A stretch of 64,000 bases of DNA from a virus (lineage: Duplodnaviria; Caudoviricetes), in IMG/VR virus record IMGVR_UViG_3300005200_000008, positions 25,931 through 89,930 of that record; one strand, 5' to 3'. Under the pieces are notes generated by a model. The model made no database searches. It saw only the letters and a program-made list of their open reading frames with translations, and was not told where the DNA came from. Shown one piece after another: positions 49,759-58,220 of the stretch (position 1 is its first letter; the number at the start of each line of letters is the position of its first letter). The translations under genes were made by a program, and so were the position numbers.

Positions 49759-50763
49759 ATGCCTGAAAAAGAAGGAATTTCTTTGGACAAAGTGGATTCA
49801 AAAACTCTGTACGGTAAAAAGGGAACGGAGAGGAAAAAAGTTGTTGCCGTAAATAACGGCAAAATGGAAGAAGATTCGGTGTGCGAAGTAAAATTCTGCA
49901 CGAGCGGGAAACTGTCGGCACCGGAGGTGCTTCATTTTTACGATTACAACATGATGTCTGCCCAGTTGATTTCCGAACTGGCTTCAAAAGACAACTATAT
50001 GCCCCTCATTATCAAGATTTTGAATTCGATGGTGGTAGAGGATTTTGATTGCGGTCTGCTGCACATTGAAGAAATCAAAGAAGTGTTGCTGAACGTATAC
50101 GCGAAATGGTGGGGGCCGCTGCTTCACGATTTCCCGTATTTTTTGAAACCCGAACTTGAAGGGGATGCCCTGCTTGATAAGGCAAATATAAGTTACGCGG
50201 AAATACCGATTGCGAATTTGAAGATTAAGCCCCTGCCTTCGCACATCGCGGAACCGATAAATATTTCCCATAACGGCACGACTGTTAAATTCATTTTTCC
50301 GAGATCGCAGATTAGCGGGATAACGGACGAAGCGATGAAGGTAAGGTTTGCCGAACAGGAACAAAGGTTCTTTAAAACGAAGCAGATGGTAAAGGCGAAG
50401 AAAACGGAGGATGTGCCGGTCGCCGAGTTGGAAGAATATCAGGAATATCTTGCGGAGAGGGCCGAATGGAAACTGCTTCTGACCCGGGCGCAGTGGATTT
50501 ACGCCGTGAACGACGATGTTTTTGAAACTTTGGAGGATCAGGTTAATGCGCTGAAAACAAACAAGTGCATTAGCATGAGACATTTTGAACTTTATAACAA
50601 GTTCCTTGAAAACGAAGGCGCGTTTGGTTTGCAGGACGAGGTAGAATTCTACAGTGATGTCCTTGACCAAAAGGTAAAGCGCCCCTTTCGATTTCGCACC
50701 TATAACCTTATTCCATCGCTGGACTCCAAACGGGATGATGAGAACAAGATATCTTTTGGCTAA
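49759..50763 (+). CDS. baseplate hub/tail assembly chaperone-like protein
   Basis: precedes tape measure gene. Confidence 0.45.
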   Translation: MPEKEGISLDKVDSKTLYGKKGTERKKVVAVNNGKMEEDSVCEVKFCTSGKLSAPEVLHFYDYNMMSAQLISELASKDNYMPLIIKILNSMVVEDFDCGLLHIEEIKEVLLNVYAKWWGPLLHDFPYFLKPELEGDALLDKANISYAEIPIANLKIKPLPSHIAEPINISHNGTTVKFIFPRSQISGITDEAMKVRFAEQEQRFFKTKQMVKAKKTEDVPVAELEEYQEYLAERAEWKLLLTRAQWIYAVNDDVFETLEDQVNALKTNKCISMRHFELYNKFLENEGAFGLQDEVEFYSDVLDQKVKRPFRFRTYNLIPSLDSKRDDENKISFG

Positions 50764-50914
50764 ACAATTCGGCTGGACGTGGGAACAATTTAAGCATACC
50801 GAAGCGCATTATATACGCCAATACATCTCGTCTATACAGAAGGATAAACAGACCTTTAGTATGGGAGACCCCCGAGCTTCCCACGAGCGTATGAAATCCA
50901 GAGGATTGCTGTAG
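50735..50914 (+). CDS. small +1-frame ORF (59 aa) overlapping the 3' end of 49759-50763
   Basis: MMRTRYLLAKQFGWTWEQF...; fills the gap before the tape measure gene. Confidence 0.5.
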   Translation: MMRTRYLLAKQFGWTWEQFKHTEAHYIRQYISSIQKDKQTFSMGDPRASHERMKSRGLL

Positions 50915-50932
50915 TGGAGAACCTATTAATAT

Positions 50933-53900
50933 ATGGCCGCTGAAAAAAAAGATATGCCGGAGGGATTAACCAGGCTTCCCGAAGAATATCAGACAACTAA
51001 CGAAGGCATAGAACGCCTTATTTCCCTTATTGCCAAAACCGATGCCGATTCCAAAAAGCAGGTTACGGCTTTGGCGAAGGAATACCGCAAAGAGATACTC
51101 AAAATTGTCAGCGATCAGGATAAAGTTCAAAAAGAAGTCGCCCATTACATAGTCGAACTTAAAAAGGCGGGAGCTACCGATAAAGAAATTTCCGCGTACT
51201 TGCAAAAAAACGGTAAATTAAAAACCGGCGAAGAAGAACTTTCAAGAGCGATGAAAGATATGCAGGACAAACTTTCTTCAATGGCCGATTCAACCAAGTT
51301 TAAAACCGAAGAAGACCGCAAACTTGCGGAACGTCAGGCAAAAACGCTGGAAAAATACTTTAAGGATAAAGAGAAGCCGAAATCGCAGTCATGGGTGGGT
51401 GAAAAAGCAAAGGCGGCTAAAGAAGAAACCGGCGGCGCTTTAAAAGACAGCCTTGCAAAAGGTCTCGGTGTCGGTTTTCAGACAATGCTCGGCCCTTTGC
51501 GTCTGATAGTCGATCCTATCCTCAAACTCGGCGGCACGGATTCGCTTTCACTGTTTGATAAAATAATTGAGAAATCGAGGGATTCCGAAGCGGCGCGTAA
51601 CGAGGATATGATTGACCGCTTTAGCGATTTGAATGATCTTTACAGCGAGGAAGAAGAACGAAAAAAAGAAGAAAGAAAAAACGGGAAGAAAAAATCTGTT
51701 TCCAAGCGTGAAGATAATGTAGATGAATTGCTTGGGGACGTTCGTGAGACGCTTTCTGATAATAAAAAACAAAAAACCGTAAAAAAGAAACCTAAAAAAA
51801 GCAAGGCTGCCGATGATGAATTGTTTCCTGCGCCTATGCCGGAGACGAAGCGTGAAGATAATGTAGATGAATTGCTTGGGGATAACGCCGGCACTCTGGT
51901 CGATCTTGTTACTGAAATCCGCAATATGCTTTCCGATTCAGAAACCGAACATACGGATTTGGCAAAGCCTGACGACACGCCCCCGATAAAAATGCCTTTA
52001 GAAAAAAGCGAAAAATCATTTGATGATTTATTGGATGAAAATAAAACTCCCGGTATTTTTGACGACGGAAAAGAAACGGAAAGCCTTGAAGGTTTAATGG
52101 ACTACATTCAGCCTACCCGCAGCGCGTTGCTGAAACAGGGCGGCGTGATTGGCGCCGCCGCGATTTTTCTTGCCGATTTGCTTACATCGGGGGAAGGGAA
52201 AGGGCTGGAAGCCGAAGGTGAAGAAGGGGGCGGTTTTAATTTTTTTGGAGGCATACCCGGCGGCGTGAAAGGCTTTGTAACAAAAATGCTTCCCGCATTA
52301 AAGGTTGCCGTACCGTTTGCGGTTGCCGCCGCTGGAGCGGCGATGGTAGCCGGAGGGCTGCATTTACAAAAAAGGGACACTGCCGATGCAAAAAAATACG
52401 CAGATAAAGGCAGATATGGAAAAGCTACTGAAACATTTTTACTCGGCGACAGCGAACGGGTAACAGAAGAGAATGCTAATTCCGAATTAGGCAGGGCTGT
52501 TGGCAAAAATACGTTAATGGTCGGCGGCGCTGGATTGGCGGTTGCAGGCGGCGCGGGTATAGCCGCGATGGGAAGCACGGTTGCCGCAGGCGGCGGTATA
52601 GCCGCGATGGGCGGTCTCGGCGCGGCTGCGGGGGCGGCAGGCACGGCGGGTTTAGCCGCAGTGGGGGCGGTGGTGCCTCCGGTTTTAATTGCGGCCGCGA
52701 TTGTGGCTGCCGCGACTGCCGTGGCGAAAGGAACGCAGGAAGCGTACAAACTCGAATATGATAAAAATGCCGCTTCGATACAAAAAGAACTCAACCGCGT
52801 TCTTTTAGACGAGGAAGCGCCGTTTCTGAAGCGCGTTGGCGCGGGATTCAAAAGTGATTGGAGGGCGCTTACATCTACTCTTGCCGGCGGGATACGCGGT
52901 ATTACTAATGTAGTCGATGTGGAAACAGAACGACAGTTTCAGAACCAGTTGGATACGCTACGAAAAGAGGCTGACGAAGGCAATGCCGAAAGTGCGCGTC
53001 TTTATGAAATTATGAGCCAGCAAAGTTTTCGTGAAATGACGGAGAAAGAAAAAGAACGTCTGTTAAGAAGCGAAGGTTTATACGGAGCCTATGTCGAAGT
53101 TGTTGATAAATGTGAAACGAGTTTTTGGGAAAAACTTAAAATAGCGGCAAAGGCGGGTTTGAAAGGTATTCAGAACGCCGCCAATACAGTAAACGAGAGC
53201 ATGAAAGGAAGAATGACGGCTGAATGGGAAAATGAAACGCTGAAAGGAATGGATGATACTTTAAGAAAAGACCCAGAACGTGTGGAACGACTTAAAAACA
53301 GCGATGCGTATCAGAAAGCCCTTGAAGACGGCGGCGATCCCTTAAAAGCCATGCAGGAAGCGTTTCTTGACGAAGAACGCCAAATGGCAATGGCATCGGG
53401 AGACCTTGATACGAACGGCATGGTCGTTAGTCTTTTTGATAAAGTAAAACTCGGCTTCAAGTCGTTTACCGATATTTCTGACGAAGCGATAAGACAATCA
53501 ACCGAATTTGATACGCGGAGGCTGCAACTTCTTGCTGAAGGAAAAAGCGCGGAAGAAGCAGATCAGCAGGCAATGGAGGAACAGCGCGAACTTTTGAATA
53601 ACCAGATGAATCTCCGGTTGAAACAGACAAAAGAATACAAAGAAGCGTTTAAGAAGGCGCTTGAAGAAGGAAAGGATTTAAAGACCGCCGAACGCGAGGC
53701 GTTGGCTAAAACAAAACAGAATACGAGAAATCTGAGGTCTTTTGGCGAAACTTTAAGTGAAGGTTTAAGAGGGCTTTGGGACGGCGCACGGGGTTTGGGT
53801 ACTCGTATATGGGATTGGGTTTCAGGCAGGGGCGGTTCTTCTACTCCCGCTCCTGCCGCTCCCGATACCGAAATCCATGACGGCATTGTCTATAAAGACG

Positions 53901-54163
53901 GCAAAGTAATTGCCGTTGACGACGACGATCACATTATCGCTACGAAAAACGAGCCTTTTATCGGCGACAAGGAAGTTCGGCAAGCCGATGCCGTGCCGGT
54001 AACGCCGGTAGTAGAAAATAAATTCTCCGACGTGAACATAGTGGACGTTCTGACAAAAATATTAAACGCGCTTGATAATAAAAACTTTAGCCCGACTATT
54101 AACAATGTAAGCGAGGATAGCGGCATGAGTTTTGACGGTTTGCGTATGGCGGGGGTTTTGTAA
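50933..54163 (+). CDS. tape measure protein
   Basis: 1076 aa, helical, Gly/Ala-rich hydrophobic core, IHDG...K.EP C-terminal motif. Confidence 0.7.
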   Translation: MAAEKKDMPEGLTRLPEEYQTTNEGIERLISLIAKTDADSKKQVTALAKEYRKEILKIVSDQDKVQKEVAHYIVELKKAGATDKEISAYLQKNGKLKTGEEELSRAMKDMQDKLSSMADSTKFKTEEDRKLAERQAKTLEKYFKDKEKPKSQSWVGEKAKAAKEETGGALKDSLAKGLGVGFQTMLGPLRLIVDPILKLGGTDSLSLFDKIIEKSRDSEAARNEDMIDRFSDLNDLYSEEEERKKEERKNGKKKSVSKREDNVDELLGDVRETLSDNKKQKTVKKKPKKSKAADDELFPAPMPETKREDNVDELLGDNAGTLVDLVTEIRNMLSDSETEHTDLAKPDDTPPIKMPLEKSEKSFDDLLDENKTPGIFDDGKETESLEGLMDYIQPTRSALLKQGGVIGAAAIFLADLLTSGEGKGLEAEGEEGGGFNFFGGIPGGVKGFVTKMLPALKVAVPFAVAAAGAAMVAGGLHLQKRDTADAKKYADKGRYGKATETFLLGDSERVTEENANSELGRAVGKNTLMVGGAGLAVAGGAGIAAMGSTVAAGGGIAAMGGLGAAAGAAGTAGLAAVGAVVPPVLIAAAIVAAATAVAKGTQEAYKLEYDKNAASIQKELNRVLLDEEAPFLKRVGAGFKSDWRALTSTLAGGIRGITNVVDVETERQFQNQLDTLRKEADEGNAESARLYEIMSQQSFREMTEKEKERLLRSEGLYGAYVEVVDKCETSFWEKLKIAAKAGLKGIQNAANTVNESMKGRMTAEWENETLKGMDDTLRKDPERVERLKNSDAYQKALEDGGDPLKAMQEAFLDEERQMAMASGDLDTNGMVVSLFDKVKLGFKSFTDISDEAIRQSTEFDTRRLQLLAEGKSAEEADQQAMEEQRELLNNQMNLRLKQTKEYKEAFKKALEEGKDLKTAEREALAKTKQNTRNLRSFGETLSEGLRGLWDGARGLGTRIWDWVSGRGGSSTPAPAAPDTEIHDGIVYKDGKVIAVDDDDHIIATKNEPFIGDKEVRQADAVPVTPVVENKFSDVNIVDVLTKILNALDNKNFSPTINNVSEDSGMSFDGLRMAGVL
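51704..51882 (+). repeat. 35-bp exact direct repeat within tape measure gene
   Basis: AAGCGTGAAGATAATGTAGATGAATTGCTTGGGGA at 51704 and 51848. Confidence 0.9.
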
Positions 54164-54846
54164 TGGCGGCAGAATATAATCACATAACCGTTCCCGCAGG
54201 ATCAACCATAACCATTGCCAACCATGAGGGTGAGTATATTGCCGGGGGAGCGTTACTTGAAGATTATACCATTTCTTTAAGTTCCGAATTCGGGCAGTTG
54301 ATTGATTCGGGAAGCAACGATGCGTTTACCGCTTTGGGCGGCGCGTTGAAATCAATGTCGGGCGGCCGCTTCGGTTTTTCATCGCAGTTTAAACAGATGG
54401 GATTCCAAATTTGGAAGGGGACGGAGCCGATACAGTTACAATTCAGTTTGGAATTCCACTATACCTATGATGCCCATGCCGAGGTCGTAGTGCCTATCCG
54501 CAATCTCAGCAAACTGCCGTTGCCGGGCGACGGCCCTTTCGGTAACCTGATACCCCCGGGGCCTTCTGTTCTGGAAGCCATATCGGGGACGAACGCTTCA
54601 AACGTGCCTCCGAACGGCGAGTCGCCCCCTCCCGCAGAAATCGATCAGGAATCGACAAAAAGGACTGCCGATACTTACGTGAATATCAGAGTCGGCAATA
54701 TGCTGTTCATGGGCTGTATTGTAAAGAGTGCGGAGCCTACTTTCAGTAAATATGTTGATGAGGGAAATTCGCCGATTTACGGCAGGGTCGCTATTACGGC
54801 GATTACGATGTATACCGCTACAAAAGAATCTCTTGATCGCTGGTAA
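54163..54846 (+). CDS. putative baseplate/tube initiator protein
   Basis: follows tape measure gene; L.PPGP motif. Confidence 0.45.
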   Translation: MAAEYNHITVPAGSTITIANHEGEYIAGGALLEDYTISLSSEFGQLIDSGSNDAFTALGGALKSMSGGRFGFSSQFKQMGFQIWKGTEPIQLQFSLEFHYTYDAHAEVVVPIRNLSKLPLPGDGPFGNLIPPGPSVLEAISGTNASNVPPNGESPPPAEIDQESTKRTADTYVNIRVGNMLFMGCIVKSAEPTFSKYVDEGNSPIYGRVAITAITMYTATKESLDRW

Positions 54847-55351
54847 AGATAAATAAAAAATTAATTATGCGGCAGAATATGAACCGTCTGTTTTGACTGC
54901 ATCACAAAATAAAAAGACATATAATCGGTTTCCTTATCTTCGGCGAATTCGGCATTAACGATATTTTTGGGGTATAAGTAGAAACTGTTGTAGGCTGAAA
55001 TCGTATTTTGAAACATAATTCTCTGGCTTTCAATTTTTACTTTATTAAAAATACCGTCCATTTCGGTATTATCGTTTCCTGAAAAACTTAAATGCACTCT
55101 GAAACCTTTATTCTTTTTTATCCAGTCTATGAACATACCGTACACGTCTTTAGGCGATACCGCAGTATATTCGATTTTTTCCTGTAACGGTTTATCGTTT
55201 CGCGGTTGTTCGTTAAACACCAACATATAAAAATAGGTCTCGATTTTAAGGAATAGATAAAATCTTTTAAGCCGATATCATACGTGAAATAAACCTGTCG
55301 GAAGTACTTAATGCAGGGTTGCGGCAGTTATGCGGTTCCCTACACACCTCG

Positions 55352-55384
55352 AAAGCCGGGTATTTATGATGCCCGGCTTTTTTT
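55352..55384 (+). terminator. intrinsic terminator ending a short transcript
   Basis: AAAGCCGGGTAT...ATGCCCGGCTTTTTTT, about 45 nt after the CGGAAGT motif at 55299. Confidence 0.7.
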
Positions 55385-55430
55385 GAAAAAAAAAGAGCTA
55401 ATGCCGAAAAGTATCGGAAGTCCTTATTAG

Positions 55431-55495
55431 TGGGATGCTGAAGAACGGGGTTACTTAATTTGGGTTTAACATTCCCCGCTTGCTGCTCGCTCCCA
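55431..55495 (+). ncRNA. minimal Y-like RNA upstream of Ro60
   Basis: GGGA-T-GCTGAAG ... CTCGC-TCCC bulged helix plus inner CGGGG/CCCCG stem. Confidence 0.6.
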
Positions 55496-55556
55496 AATTT
55501 TAATCGCCCCCCCCCCCGCAATAGCGGGTGCGGTCGAAAGTATCAAGGAGTGAATT

Positions 55557-56924
55557 ATGGCCTCTACGAATACGAGGGTGCGCAATACCCGTAAAACGCA
55601 TGAAGGCGGCCCGGCTTCGATAATCAAGCCGTTGGAGCAACTTAAACGTTCCGTTATGTCGTGCTTGTTGTGGGAAGATTCTTTTTACGAGGACGGCGTA
55701 TCCATTGCCGACCGCGTAAAGGAACTCGTCGGGAAAGTGTCCGAGGAGGAAGCGCGGCAGGTTCTTTTCGATGCGAAGTTTAAGTCGAAACTCCGGCATA
55801 TGCCGTTGTATCTGCTGACTATTCTGGCCGAAAAGAAATGGCTGAAAAAGGACGACGTAGCCAGGGTCTGCACCCGCGTTGATGACATGACCAAACTTTT
55901 GTCGCTGTATTGGAAGGACGGCAAAAAACCGTTAAGCCACCAGTTGATTAAGGGCTTGGCTCAGGCAATCCCTACGTTTGACGAATACAAACTGGCGAAG
56001 TATAACCGCTCCAAGGCGGTGAAACTCAGGGACGTGTTCCGCATTGCAAGGCCGAAGCCGGCAAACGAAGCGCAGTCTGCCCTCTGGAAACGGGTCGTCG
56101 CCGATGAATTGAAAGTTCCTGATACGTGGGAAGTCGCCATTAGCGCCTGCGGCAGTGATAACCAGAAGAAGGCTCAGGAATTTACCCGGCTGCTGACTGA
56201 AAAAGTTCGTGACGAGGAAACCGGCAAAGAGTTCAACAAACTCGGTGATCTGGCTTTTCTTCGCAACATACGGAAGATGAAGGAAGTCGGCGTTGAGGAA
56301 GATTTGATTCGTAAATCTTTTGAAGACCGGAAATGGGGGTGGATTATCCCTTACCAGTTCATTACCGCCGCTTCGCACAATCCGGTTTTTGAGGACGTAC
56401 TGGAAAACGCGATGTACAAATGCCTGGGCGAACAGGAACCTATTGAAGATAAGGCCGCCCTGCTGGTTGACGTGTCAGGTTCGATGGACAGCAAAATTTC
56501 CGACAAGTCGGAAGTCAAGCGTTACGATGTCGCTATCAGCCTTGCTATTCTGCTCCGCGAAATCTGCAAGGACGTGAAACTGTATACTTTTGACAATGAA
56601 CTTCATGTTATCCCGCCACGGCGCGGTTTCGCCCTGCGTGATACGATACGCAAGCAGGTAGGCGGCGGGACGAGTATGTGGAGCGCGGCAAGAGGCGCCG
56701 CGAAAGATCGGCGCAACAGGGTAATGGTGATTATCACCGACGAGCAGACGCAGGATAGCGGCAGGTATTCAGATGCCAATGCCGATCTGCTGGTAATCAT
56801 CAACGTCGCTTCTTATGAGAACGGCGTAGGCTACGAAAAAGGTTGTGTTCACATCAATTCTTGGTCTGACAATATCGTAGATTATCTGCGGGAACTTTTG
56901 AAAAATATGGAATTTGTAGTTTAA
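55557..56924 (+). CDS. Ro60/TROVE-domain RNA-binding protein with vWA domain
   Basis: KTHEGG, LWEDSFYE, LRHMP, TWEV..S, LVDVSGSM MIDAS, GGTSM, ITDEQ. Confidence 0.93.
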   Translation: MASTNTRVRNTRKTHEGGPASIIKPLEQLKRSVMSCLLWEDSFYEDGVSIADRVKELVGKVSEEEARQVLFDAKFKSKLRHMPLYLLTILAEKKWLKKDDVARVCTRVDDMTKLLSLYWKDGKKPLSHQLIKGLAQAIPTFDEYKLAKYNRSKAVKLRDVFRIARPKPANEAQSALWKRVVADELKVPDTWEVAISACGSDNQKKAQEFTRLLTEKVRDEETGKEFNKLGDLAFLRNIRKMKEVGVEEDLIRKSFEDRKWGWIIPYQFITAASHNPVFEDVLENAMYKCLGEQEPIEDKAALLVDVSGSMDSKISDKSEVKRYDVAISLAILLREICKDVKLYTFDNELHVIPPRRGFALRDTIRKQVGGGTSMWSAARGAAKDRRNRVMVIITDEQTQDSGRYSDANADLLVIINVASYENGVGYEKGCVHINSWSDNIVDYLRELLKNMEFVV

Positions 56925-56990
56925 ACTTGGGAGGGGATTTAAAAATAAATAAATTTTTTATTGGGAGGTAATTGAAACTGTAACGTTTTG

Positions 56991-57124
56991 TGGTAGGTAG
57001 GCAAATGGTAAAGCCGAAGGTAATAAAAAGAGCCTGTGCGTTTCTTGCTCCTGAAAAGGATGTCGTAGTGTAGGAATTCTTAATCAGGAACCTTTGTTTG
57101 ATGGTTCAAGTCCATCCCTACCAA
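56991..57124 (+). ncRNA. tRNA-Y chimera 1 (68-nt insert in place of the anticodon loop)
   Basis: TGGTAGG/CCTACCA acceptor, D and T arms, AAGGT/ACCTT stem enclosing CTTGC-TCC...GGA-T-GTCGTAG. Confidence 0.7.
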
Positions 57125-57455
57125 AAAAGGCTTTTGGTTAAAAAATAGCAAGTTGAGCCTGAAAGGTTAATAACCTTTTAAATCAATTCCGGTGAACGTG
57201 TGGTTCAGCCTACACTTGGTGTTATTGACTTGGCTATCTAACCCGCACTACTGGAGTGCGGGTATGTCTTGAATACATCGGGGAGTAGGGGTTAATCGGG
57301 TAGGTATAAGTTACGGTGCGTTGGAGTTCGGAGCGTGCAAGGTTTGAATCACTACACCCCGCCAGCGATGAGTATGCCAATACCGAGCTAAATCCGGCAG
57401 TCAAGGCAGTAAGAGTAATCTTACTGCCTTGGCTGTACTAGACAATTCGTTAATT

Positions 57456-57525
57456 AGGGTGCTGACAAAGCAGGGTTTCATATTCATTTGGAGAATAACC
57501 AGATCCCTGTTTGACACTTGCCCCT
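57456..57525 (+). ncRNA. minimal Y-like RNA
   Basis: AGGG-T-GCTGAC ... CTTGC-CCCT plus GCAGGG/CCCTGT stem. Confidence 0.55.
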
Positions 57526-57537
57526 ATTTATATATTA

Positions 57538-57640
57538 GGGAGTGTTGCCTAGTTGGTAAGGCAATCTTTTTTCAATCCTTACTCTCGCAAGAGATGTCGG
57601 CGAAAAGAGATACATATTAGTTCAAATCTAATCACTCCCG
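57538..57640 (+). ncRNA. tRNA-Y chimera 2
   Basis: GGGAGTG/CACTCCC acceptor; insert CTTAC-TCTC-GCAA-GAGA-T-GTCGGCG. Confidence 0.7.
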
Positions 57641-57641
57641 T

Positions 57642-57754
57642 AGGGTGCTGTAGGCGCCGGTTACATAGGTAAATAATTTTTTTTGAAAAAATTTAGCGGG
57701 TTCAAGTCCCGCAAGCCCTTCGGGGTCAGCCGGTGCCGCCTCTCGCCCCTTTTT
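57642..57754 (+). ncRNA. YrlA-like RNA
   Basis: AGGG-T-GCTGTAG ... CTCGC-CCCT-TTTT; internal T arm GCGGG-TTCAAGT-CCCGC and UUCG-closed stem. Confidence 0.65.
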
Positions 57755-57760
57755 ACATGG

Positions 57761-57890
57761 GAAAGCGTAGCTCAGTTGGTAGAGCAATAGCAAAAATGTT
57801 CTTTCGTTGCTTTTTACTCCTACGGGATGTTGTAGACGAGAGTTACTTAATCAGGGCTGTGGGTCATTGGTTCGAGTCCAATCGTTTTCC
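57761..57890 (+). ncRNA. tRNA-Y chimera 3
   Basis: GAAAGCG/CGTTTTC acceptor, canonical D and T arms; insert TTTAC-TCC-TACG-GGA-T-GTTGTAG. Confidence 0.7.
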
Positions 57891-58122
57891 TGAAGGAGTT
57901 TTATTATGAAAATTACGAAAGCGCAGAACCCATACAATGTAAAAATCGGGCAGGTATGGGCAGACAGGGATTCTTCCCGTAAAAATACGTTTGTAATTAA
58001 AAGGTTGCTTATTGATAAAGACGGGCTGGGATTCGCTCTAGTATTCCGTGAAAAAACTAGAGCAAAAACATGGATTAGGCTTAATCGGTTTAACAAGTAT
58101 TTTAAAAAATAGATTTTTTTAT

Positions 58123-58194
58123 GCGTTATAGGTGTTGATGGATACACGCCGGTCTTCCAAACCGGAGTAAACGGATCGTTACCGTTATGACGCT
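58123..58194 (+). tRNA. tRNA-Gly(TCC)
   Basis: GCGTTAT/ATGACGC, CCGGT-CTTCCAA-ACCGG, U73; T loop ATCGTTA. Confidence 0.8.
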
Positions 58195-58220
58195 TGTAGG
58201 AGAGGGGCCTATTTAATTAA

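Noticed and set aside
57142-57154. AAAATAGCAAGTT resembles the Cas9 tracrRNA anti-repeat/nexus
   Set aside because: Only 13 nt, with no cas gene or repeat-spacer array in the window; it is better explained as one arm of a local stem.
57280-57364. tmRNA
   Set aside because: It has GGGG...CCCCGCCA ends but no G3-U70 pair, no tag reading frame, and is far too short.
56991-57890. Canonical tRNA introns in the three long tRNA-like genes
   Set aside because: The inserts are too short for group I introns, show no bulge-helix-bulge, leave no clear 7-nt anticodon loop, and share a motif with neighbouring Y-like RNAs. The CTTAATCAG (Lys-like) remnant in two of them keeps splicing formally possible.
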